A stretch of DNA of 64,000 nucleotides, from positions 4,464,001-4,528,000 of the forward strand of contig OZ176056.1 of the NCBI GenBank assembly GCA_964247055.1, in the 5' to 3' direction. Below, piece by piece: positions 53,508 through 64,000 of the stretch. Positions within the stretch are counted from its first letter, which is position 1, and each line of letters begins with the position of its first letter. Position numbers and translations under genes: made by a program. The stretch is from Paragordius varius. Its lineage: Eukaryota; Animalia; Nematomorpha. The notes beneath the pieces were generated by a model. The model was given only the letters and a program-made list of their open reading frames with translations, was not told the DNA's origin and ran no database searches.

Positions 53508-55315
53508 TAAGGTTACCAGACGTCCCGCTTTTGGCGGGACAGTCCCGCTTTTTCACACTTCGTCCCGCGTCCCGCTACTTTTTAAAATGTCCCGCTTTTT
53601 CACGATTATATAAAAAAAAATTTTTTTAATATAAATAAATTTTTTTTATCCGTTTAAATTTTTTATCATTAAGTATCTTTAAAATCTAAATTTTAAATTT
53701 AAATTTTTTATTTTTAAATTTAAATTATTTATTTTTCCCGAATTTATATCATATGATTATACACTTCCTTTCTACTACTACTGATTATCAAAAAGCCAAG
53801 TTAATACCACAAATCTCTAGATTAAAAGACGAATTGATACCACAAATCGGTACCTTACACGTTTATTCCAGAAAATTAAGGTAATAAAATTTATTATACA
53901 AATATTTTAGTTTTATTATTTGCCAACATTTTTAAAAAGCCAAATTAATACCACAAATCGGAGCTTAAAAGACAAATTGATACCACAAATCGGTACCTTA
54001 CACGTTTATTTCAGAAAATAAAGGCAATATAATATTTATTATACTAATAGTAGTTTATAAATATGAGCTCAAAAAGAGGTTTTAAATTCAACGATGAATT
54101 AATGAAAGACTTTCCTTTTATGAAAAAAACGAAGAATGAATCATCTGTTAAATGTCTTATATGCGAGGGGGAATTCACCATAGAACATGGCGGAAAGCAT
54201 GATATTACAAAGCATATGGAAACACAGAAAATAAAAAAAATGTTTGGATATGGCGGCACCATCTTACAAATTAAGCGATTTTCATCGAAAAACCGCTTTT
54301 GGAGAGGAAGAAAATTTGGCACTAGCCGAAGGCGTTTTATCTTTTCACGCCGTTTATCATAATCATTCCTTTAGATCTATGGATTTACCTCACAAGTTGT
54401 TCGCAAGTTATTCCATAAAAAATTTACATGTGCTCGTACAAAGGCTGAAGCCATTGTGTGCAATGTCCTTTCGCCACATGCATTTTCTGAAATACAGCAG
54501 TGGTTCAGGTAAAGATAATGGAAATTCTACACTTAAAATATTATTGTATGGAACATAATTTGTTTAAAAATGAATTTTTTAGCCATTTCTATCCTAAGTA
54601 TTTTTTTCTGTTGTCCATAATATAAGTTTTCATTCAATATATTTAATAATGAGACTTCATAAAAAAGTGTCATTGTGCACCGTCTTGTCTTCCAAATAAT
54701 CGTTTCTGTTTGTATAAAACATTTTTATATTCTAGCTATTCATTGAGCCTTGTTTTTCTGGATGCTTTATAATATTGCGATTAGGTAATGGTATAAAATT
54801 ATTTTCTAACCTTTTTTAACTTAGAATTTTGACCTTTGTCCTGTGATAAAAAATAGGATTCTAGGAGATCACATTTTTATAAATATTTCAATTGCTGGCA
54901 AAAGAGCTAAACAGTAACATCTATATTTTCCATCCAGGGGTAACAAATCAGTAGCTGTTTGAATAGCGTTGTGTATCTGCCAATAATGTTTTGATTAAGA
55001 TTATTCGCTAAATTGTTAAAAATATTTTTTGTGCCGCTTCTTGCATCCCCCAGCGCACTTTGTAATGATTTCGTCTTAATTACTTTTTTCTAGAATATTA
55101 CAATCACTTCACCCTTTGATCGTGCACATGTAAATTTATTGAATAAGGTACAAACAACCTGTAAGGTACAATTTTTTTATATTTATAATGTATTTGTGTT
55201 AAAAATAAATAAATATTACAATAAATTTTTTGTATAAAAATTTTTGGTTGTACGCCCCAATGACCCCTGTCTCAGATTTGTCCCGCTTTTTCCTTCAAAA
55301 AATCTGGTCACCTTA
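53508..55315 (+). mobile_element. Blackjack/Tip100-type hAT non-autonomous element
   Basis: TIR TAAGGTTACCAGA...TCTGGTCACCTTA, 8-bp TSD CTCATACT (53500-53507, 55316-55323), subterminal GTCCCGC repeats. Zinc-finger N-terminus (KCLICEGEFTIEHGGKHDITKH) and KKFTCARTKAEAIV on the plus strand. Empty site at ~31112 (ttactcattctgtaaaaaataaaatattc). Confidence 0.93.
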
Positions 55316-55444
55316 CTCATACTGTAAAAAATAAAATATTCTGTATCTAATCTAAACAACCAAATACCTCAACACTACTATATCAATCAAGATGTGATTT
55401 ATTTAACATATATAAGTAATGGTAATTCATATTGAAAAAAATAA

Positions 55445-56844
55445 TCACGATTCAGCTATAATATATTATAATGTATTTGAAATACTGTCAATTGTGGCTA
55501 AAAAATTTATCAATTTAATTATGAATTTACCTATCTCGATATCTATAGGATTGAAATCAGTATGATTGTATTTAGATTTATGATTATAGTATATTCTTAC
55601 ATTCATTCGTGTCAAGTATATCTGGAAAAATTAAATATATTTATTCAAATATAATTCGGTGTTGTGTGTAATATAAGAACTGATAAACTGTGTGGAAAAA
55701 AATGATTAGCAAAATTATTTTTTATAGCTTATAACCAGCGAATTAATTTGGCAAAAAAATTTTTTATTTGTTGACCACCTAGTTTTTAAAATATTGAGAG
55801 AAATCGAAATTGGGAAAAAAGTGAAAGTTAAGGATATTTAAAAATAATCAAAAAAATTATGATAAAACTTAGGATATTATTATTATCATTTTATCTATTT
55901 TTACAATTTATAAATAGCCAAAACTATATAGTTAGGGTTTTATGAAATCTCAGTTAAAAAGATGGCATTTTTCGTTTGAGTATACCAAATATATAAAAAA
56001 AACTATATTAAAATAATTTTTTCCAAAATATCTTAACTCATTATTCTTAACATTCATGTTTTATTCATAAAAAAAACTTATACATCAAAACAAAACGAAA
56101 AAAAATTTTTATTTTTTATATTTTTTTGTCATATGGTTTATGAGTGTATAAAATTATACTGTTTTATTTTGGAATCTAACATTAGCGGAAATTTAAAATA
56201 TATTAAATAAAAAATAGGTTTACAGGCAGTTGAATATTATCGAAAATCCGTACATATCCCAGTAAAATTATTAATTTGTGTTAATACAAACCTGTTACAT
56301 GAATTTGTATGGATTTTTGATATTTATTTCCACAACTTTTGAACCCTATTTTGAAAAAATTTATATACTTTATGATTCCTGATGATGTAATGTTTGAAAA
56401 TAATTAATTATACACTCATAAACCAGATGGCAAAAAAATGGAAAAAATAAAAAACAATATTTTTTATTTTAATATATAAGTATCTTTACTGTAATGTTAA
56501 AATAGTGAGTTTAGCTAGTAAATAATCAAAAAAATTTAATATAGTTTCATTAAATTATGTATTAAATATATAAAAAACGCGATATTTGATCTGGGTTCAT
56601 ATGACTCCCCTAACTATATGATTTTAGGCTATTTAATTGTAAATATATGATGATAATTAATCTAATATCTTAAGTTTACTCATTATTTATTTAGATATGT
56701 CGAATTTTTCTTAATCACTTTTTCTCATACGATTTTCTCTCTATATTTTATAAAACTAGGTCGTCAACAAAAATTTTTGATGGTCAAATCAATTCGTTGG
56801 TTATAGCAAGAAAAAATTTAAATAAAAAATTACCCTCTTTTTTG

Positions 56845-56879
<35 letters not shown>

Positions 56880-59800
56880 AACATTATACTAAAAATCTTA
56901 GAATTAGTTAAGAGGGAAAAAAATAATTTTAGTTTTAAATACATTTTATAGCAATATTATATATTTATACTTCAACAATAAAGATTTCCATAACCCATAA
57001 AAAATTTTAGGATGTTAAAAATCTACCTGTTAGATATTCAATCGTTTCTAAGGATACCAGATCAAATAAATAAATTTAATACAATAATTGATTATGTCAT
57101 TTTTAATATCATTTTTTAAACATATAATTTTTATAGTTATTTATATCCACTCCATATCGAAAATCCAAAAATTTTTGAATACTAATCTACATGTAAAACA
57201 TTTCTTAACAGACATCAGATATTCCAATCGCAATTCAGTTAATACAATATGCCTTGTTCTGGAATCGGCTCTACAATAACAAAAAATATATATGGTAATA
57301 TAAATATTAAAGCCCTTGATAAATATTATTATTTTATTAAATTTTTATCTAATAATTTAAATTAATATCAAAATTATACATAACATATATAAAAAATATG
57401 CATATACAGTATATTATTACCATGTAAAACATTATTGGTGTCTAAATAAATTAAAAAAATTAGACAGTCTAAAATAATTTATAAAACATTTTAAACACAA
57501 CTAATACCTGTTGCTATCTGTTCCATTGCTAAAAATATTTTTTTGATAAAATAAAGTTTTAATACTTAAAACATCCGCTTCCATAGCTAAATATAATATA
57601 ATACGGCACTTACTGTCCAATATTCCTCTAACTCCTATAAACAATATTAAAGATACACATTTACAGTATGCATTTTAATGGTTGCTTATTTCACACGATA
57701 GTAGGGCGGAAATTTGAACAACACAGTAGTGTATAAAAAAAACAACGAAATGTTAAATAAACAATTTTTTCCTTACTTTTTCCATACACTACTGCAGTGG
57801 TACTCAAACAGCGGCCCTAAGAGTCCTCTAAAATGCCATACAACCATATTGATAGTTTAATTATTATTTTTACTGATGAATTTTTAAAATACGCTTAAAC
57901 GAATTTTCGCTTATTTTAAAATAAATTTATTTCTTTAGATTTAATTTTGGTATTTTACCCAATTCAAAATGTAGAAAAATTTCCTTACATTCAAATGATT
58001 TCAAAATTTTGGCACACGTTGTTTCTGTTTCTGTATTGTATTTTCTTTTATATTTTGAAATTTTTATTGTTTTTTGGATTTTAGCAAGCCTTTTACCCAA
58101 ACTTGAATATACATATTCTCATTGCCATCCTGCATCATTTTTTATAACTCATTTCCACAAAATATTTTTCAAATCAACGTCATTTAATTTCGACCTGTTT
58201 TTTAGCATATCAAATTTTATTCCTATTTGTTTGCAAAAATTTACATATCATTTAAACATAAATTTAAAGGATAACATCTAATGCTAAAAAACGTAAATTT
58301 CCCGATGAAAATCGCTTCTTTATAAAAGGGGAAGAAAAATTTATTGTCGTTCAAATAAAAATGTTCTTACCTGCCTTATATGTAAGGACAAAATAATTAT
58401 AAAAAAATACAATATTGAAAGACATCTTAATGTGCGCTCTTAGTGAGATTTTGCAACGACAACATAATCAACGAGGAATATTTAAAATTTTTACCAATGA
58501 ATAAAACCAAGAAAGGAAGTGATTTTCTCGAAAATATTAGCACTTTTTTTAATAATAATGGTATATCTATCAATAATTGGTTTCGACTGCACAGATGGCT
58601 CTCCCTCTATGATTGGAAAAAACAAAGGATTTATTCCCTTTTGAAAAACAAATATAATTTGTATTATATTTTATCCTTTCACTGCTTTATTCATCAGCAA
58701 AACTTGGTTTCGCGTGTTAAAGATGAATCACTCAATTCAGTAATTAAAACAGTTGTGGATATAGTTTATCACATCCGTGGCAAAACATTTAACCGCCGTA
58801 TATTCTAACAACCTTCTGAAAGTTATCCACAGTGAGTTTAATGATATTCTTTTGTACCGCTGTGAGATGGCTAAGCCTTAGCAAAGTATTAAATAGATTT
58901 TTTGTTTTAAGACATGTATTTCTGTTATTCATAAAAGATAACAGAAAGTTTGATGAGGATTAATAGTAACAAATGGTGGGTTTTATTAGCCTACCTTTGC
59001 GACATTACTTATAAACTTAGTATCTTTAATACCATTCTTCAAAGGAGCAAATAACCCAATTCGCTAAAATATTTGCTTTTGATGAAAAATTAATAATATG
59101 TAAACAAGATATTATAAATAAAACTCTCTTATATTTTCCAACACTTAAAACGATTGATGAAGAAAATATGGAATTTTCGCGGAGATTTATTTTATAATAG
59201 ACAATTATATAACACTTTTATCTAATGAGATAAAATTCAGATTTCAAGAATTAAGAAATATTAAAAATTGCTTAAAACTCGTTGAAAATCCATGGCATAT
59301 GGATATATTTAATGTTAAACAACTTGAGCATTTCGGTTTTGATCAGGCGCATATCATTGAAAAATTAGTATATCTTAAAAATGATTCCGGAGGCTATATT
59401 AAGGAGTATCGTAGAGAAGAAAGATATGGAGAGTTTTGGCAAGATGTGCCAAATAAATATGAAAATATAAAAAAATGTGCTCAAGTTATCCTAACTTTTC
59501 CCTCAACTTACACGTGTGAGACAGCATATTCAAAAATGAAGTATGTCAAAAATACATACAGAAATCGCTTAACCGTTGATCATATGGACGACATATTAGA
59601 TTGGCCTGTCATGAGGCGAAACCAAATTTGTCAAAAATTATTGGTTACTATCAAAAAAAATTTTGCTATCAATATTTTAATTTTTTAAATGGTGCAAAAC
59701 GAGTTTTAGCTGGATTTACATGCAATCCGCAAAAAATTCATTGCGCAGATTTAGGTTATAAATATGTGCATATGTGTCAAATAGCTATGGAATATTTGTC

Positions 59801-62800
59801 ATTATAAGGTTCATGGCCCTCGAAAAAAAATATATTTTATTTGGCCCGTCAAATTTTTTTGGTGAGTACCACTGCACTACTGTTTTGCAAATTGCCCTAA
59901 TATAGTGTGAAATAAGCAACCATTAAAATGCAATCCGTATTTACTTTCAATGTTATTCCGCAAAACTATGTTGATATAAGTAAAAATTAAAAATATAGCA
60001 TAATTTTTAGATAAATAAAAAATGAAAAAAAAGTTGAAAATTTTTTAAGAATTTTAATTATACAGAAACGTCAAAACTAACAAACATAAATTTAAATATT
60101 ACTTTTGTATAAACCCTATTCCCATTTTATACTATTTAATTACAATCGTTAAATAGATGATTGATTATATCACCCACCAATTTATATTTCTATACTTTGC
60201 ACTTAATAAAAATAATGAATTATCTATAAGATAATTAGTTTAAAAAAGCGGTCTGTGAAAAAAACATGCGTTTGTTCATTTTGCCAGTATATATCTAATG
60301 ATAACTATTATATATATATATAATATATATATGAATAAATAATTTACCTTCTATGTAATCTACAAAAAGTATTAAAAATGATATAATTAATAAAATGATG
60401 GATAAATGATTGTTACTCTAAAATGAAGATGATGATGATTGTAGTTAATTCAGTAGTCTGTGGTTATTTATTATATAAACAACTAGCGTAAATCTCGTGC
60501 TGCTACGCAGCCCGAGGAAGTCCTTAGGACTTCTGGGAGGGGGGGGGGGGGGGGGTTATTTGAAAAAAGGGACAATAAAATGATCCGCATATGTGGATAT
60601 TTCGAAACATTATTTGATAGATATGATCTCAGAATTTTAAAACGGTGCATTCATACTAATATATTGTTTACTTTGGGGAAAAATGCAAAAAAATATTTTT
60701 GTGGATTTTATTTTTTTGAAAAAGTGGCATATTACGGGGGGAGCGGGTAAAAAGAGGGCCTAAATTAAAGCGAGACGACCATATTCGGCGCAATCGCAAA
60801 TGAGTACACAAAAATCATATTTGAAATTGAATGGTTTAACACGTTCTCCGGATTGTCTCAAATACACGATTTTTGTGGACTTTTGTTTTCAAAAAAACCC
60901 GTTTTTCACACGTAGGCCCGAACTGGGGACCTAATTCATAAAAAGGGCGAAGCTATTGTCGGGGAATTCATTAATGATTATATTTTTTCGACATTTGGAT
61001 TTGAATGGGTCTTCCGGTTTTCCGGAAACAGATCATAAGGCCACATGACGGATCTTATCGGGTAGCTCCTTACCCAGCAGCTATCATCAAAGAAACTGAC
61101 TAAAATTTTTTCTTTTAACAGGGAATAAGTGGAATCATTATTAAATTTTTACGGTCTTATACCTTGGGCGAATAATAGAATCAAAAATTATTGTGCACTT
61201 TGTTTTTTTGTAAAAAATGGCACTGGGGGAGCGGGTAAAAAGAGGGCCTAAAAAACGAGACGACGATATTCGGCGCAATTGAAAATGAGTAAACAAAAAT
61301 TATATCTAAAATTGAATGGTTTAACACGTTCTCCGGAAAATTGCCTCAAAGACACGATTTTTGTGGACTTTTGTTTTCAAAAATACCCGTTTTTCACACG
61401 TACGAACTGGGGACCTAATTCAAAAAAGGGCGAAGCTATTGTCGGGGCATTCATTAATGATTATATTATTCGACATTTGGATTTGAATGGGTCTACCGGT
61501 TTTCCGGAAACAGATCACAAAGCCAGCATTTTCCATTTTTATAATTATATAGATGTCAATAATTAAAATATTATTAAATTTTCTAATTTATCTTTTACTA
61601 TAACGTTTAATCATTAAAAAATTATTTAATATTCTTTCAAATGTTCAATTAGCTCCCAATAGGTATGGCGAATTCATATATCCAAGCTTATGGTAAACAC
61701 AGGGGGTCTACCCAATACAAATGGCATCGCAGGCCGCATTTTCTATAAATCTATGGTAATACTATAAAAAATCAAAAAAACAATATAAATACCATTATTT
61801 CACCAATTTTTGCTAGTTTGTATCCAAAATTAGGGCTGATTTAACAAGAATTATTTTTTATATATAGCACTATTTTTGCTAATTATGGAATTTTGTTATG
61901 TTTTATATAATTTTGCACAAAATATATTAGTAGGCGCTGTATGTTGGAAACCCCTAGTTTAAATTTATAGTTTTTTTCTAAGGATTATTTTCAAGATTTG
62001 GTAAATTCATAGTAAAATACTTGTTTCCTGTAATCCCGTAAAGCCTTCCCAAACACTAGCTAAAATTTATATTTGACAAAAATGTAATATATAATATAAT
62101 ATATTTGTGGATACGTTAAACTTACATTGAAAAACTATCAAATATTATAGTATTAATTTTTAATATATATAATTAGTATTTAAGTTATTTTTGAAAATAA
62201 ATTTATACCTCTCTGCAGTCTAAGTGCCGCTACAAATGTAAAAAATCACATATAACCAAAAACAGCCATAAATATTTTATATCAAATAAATTTTTTTTAT
62301 AAATTGTAAAACATATTTTGGTTAATTATAAAAGTATACATTTACTTTTTTTAAGATTAGATATTATACTGTTTAATATCCAAATTCACCCCTCAACAAT
62401 TTAACCTTAAACAAAATTCACCCTAAAAATGATTATGTGTTTTCAGGCTAATATAACTCATCATTGATAAGACATATATTCTTAAATTTCCTGTTTTAAA
62501 AATATTCTATAGGTAATTTTTAAACTTAAAAAACACATAATTTGTTTTAGGAAAATTAAAATTGTTCCAGGGTGAATTTAAATTGTTCATGGATGAATTT
62601 GAATTGTTTAAGGGTGAATAATTTGAAGTGTAAATAGTTTATCATTAATAAAACAAAATTTACATTTAAACAAATATAAAGTAAGTTATAGGCAAAAATA
62701 ATTCGAATCTATTTTTAAAAAAATTACATTCTGAGATTACTGAAGTGGCTAAAGAAAATCAACATATAAAATTTAAGCGATTAAAATATAATTTTTTAGC

Positions 62801-63303
62801 ATTGTATTATGATACATACTTTCTTCCATAATATCAGCGCCTTTAAATATAGTGATTTATTAATGTATTAAAAAATATTTAGTATATAATAAAATAATTC
62901 ATACCGATTCTTATATTATCGAGAGCTGAAATAAATATTTTTTTACATATTACGCACAGTAAAAACAGAAAATATATAGACAAAACCTGAAATATATAAA
63001 CAAATTTTTTTTAAAGCCAACCATACTTTTTGAATCTTGTTTTTATAATATAACTCAATGTTTAAAATGAAGTGGGAAATAGTGATATATATAAGCAAAC
63101 ATGATTTATAGCCTTTATTAGTAATATTAAAAGTATGTTTATTTTTAAAAAAATATTTGTCTTTATAATTTTACACGTTTTGTCCGTATAATTTCAATTT
63201 TTACTGTAAATTAAATATAAATTATACGCAAAATAATATACATGACATCATAACTTGTGAGGCTAAATTGTAAAACTAACATTACCTAATTGTTCACTGC
63301 GTG
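55445..63303 (-). CDS. Micro-exon gene paralog D (3' half; 5' half beyond the window end)
   Basis: Exons 5'->3': 63286-63303, 63242-63262, 62905-62925, 62820-62840, 62728-62748, 62209-62229, 62126-62134, 62021-62059, 60348-60359, 59945-59965, 57614-57634, 57566-57586, 57508-57528, 57421-57441, 57253-57270 (GC donor), 57027-57047, 55601-55621, 55531-55542, 55486-55497, 55445-55455 (TGA). Translation: RSEQLASQVMMSSLDNIRIGADIMEETTSVISESALRLQRVFQSSVWEGFTGLQETNYIEVLRNNIERVRGILDTMEADVLTMEQIATDTNNVLHEPIPEQETIEYLTDILDTNEYIEIATIDTES*. The 27-nt exon present in B and C is deleted. Confidence 0.83.
55686..56850. mobile_element. MITE family 1 copy in the same intron of B (approx. 10920-11630), C (31494-32340) and D
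   Basis: Family arms, differently truncated in each paralog. Confidence 0.75.
57795..59874 (+). mobile_element. Same Buster-type hAT insertion in gene D (inherited by duplication)
   Basis: Same TIRs, same TSD CACTACTG and same site as in C. Track ORFs 58443-58808 and 59299-59688 are transposase fragments (LSFHCFIHQQNL; FPSTYTCETAYSKMKYVKNTYRNRLT). Confidence 0.95.
60483..61553 (-). mobile_element. Helitron H8 (duplicate of H5)
   Basis: CTAG followed by perfect-looking hairpin CTCGTGCTGC-TAC-GCAGCCCGAG. Same internal duplication as H5. Confidence 0.88.

Positions 63304-63305
<2 letters not shown>

Positions 63306-63336
<31 letters not shown>
63306..63336. repeat. (AT)n abutting the same acceptor, gene D
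   Basis: About (AT)15. Confidence 0.95.
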
Positions 63337-63341
<5 letters not shown>

Positions 63342-64000
63342 TTCTTAATGAATACTACACATTTATTTCAGTCCTTCGATTCAAATTGGGGTCGTTTGAT
63401 ACCCCAGGCCTGAATTAAAAAAAATCATTCAAAGATATTTGATATTACTTAATTTAAAGTAACGCCCAAAGATAAAATTTAATTACTATGACATGTGTGC
63501 ATTAGATATATTTGAAAAAATAAAAAATAAACCACTTTTTCTGTTTTCATCAATGGTAGATGAGATTTAAAAAATTAGCCTTGATTTTAACTCTGAAATT
63601 AAATAAACACGATATTTCGCAAAAATACTGTAAAAATACTGTAGAAATAGATTGATATAAAGCCTTTATTCACTAAATTTTATTTAGATATTTTAGCTTA
63701 TTTATATAATATTTATTAGGATATTTAATTGGCACCGTTTCTTTCAGTAGTTTATTACAAATACCAACTTAAGTATAATCTGGGGTATTAATATGCCCCA
63801 ATTTTAATCGAAGCACGGTGAAATTTTTAAATAAATCTAATTTAAACCATAAAATTTACAATGCATGTGGTATTAAATCGTATTTTATTTTCTTTAACTG
63901 TTCAATCCTTATTCTCCTGAATGATCTTAGATGCATTATAGATAATTCTTGACAATTAAAAACCTATAAAAGCCACCTAAATTTAATTGTTATTGAAAAA

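Larger units (their letters stand above)
8340..64000. repeat. Tandem segmental duplication, unit ~20-24 kb, one micro-exon gene per unit
   Basis: Collinear landmarks recur: 8340/29330/51670 (ttaacaattc.catcgct.attcc), stop-codon exon 10655/31244/55445, 18-nt exon 629/16316/40033/63286. Introns and spacers align between B, C and D; A aligns mainly in exons. Confidence 0.95.

Overview
This is very AT-rich eukaryotic DNA, and the supplied ORF track is almost entirely spurious or transposon-derived. The real content is a tandem array of four paralogous minus-strand genes (called A, B, C, D here; A and D are cut by the window edges), recovered by reading splice signals and comparing copies by eye. 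Each gene is built almost wholly from symmetric micro-exons. B has 31 and C has 32 identifiable exons; every internal exon is a multiple of 3 nt and is flanked by phase-1 introns. Twelve exons per gene are exactly 21 nt, one heptad each, and others are 9, 12, 15 or 18 nt. Introns are as short as 23-36 nt. The predicted ~320-aa protein has a Gly-rich hydrophobic N-terminal segment, a Thr/Pro linker, a long acidic region and a C-terminal heptad-periodic helical domain. I recognise no homolog and could not place the start codon or signal peptide. The architecture resembles Schistosoma micro-exon genes (MEGs). Introns and spacers are packed with DNA transposon remnants: Buster-type and Blackjack-type hATs, a CACTA-like element, Helitrons and several MITE families. 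Many occur as filled/empty site pairs between paralogs. One MITE contains a decayed 18S rRNA fragment. All exon calls are manual and need RNA-seq confirmation.
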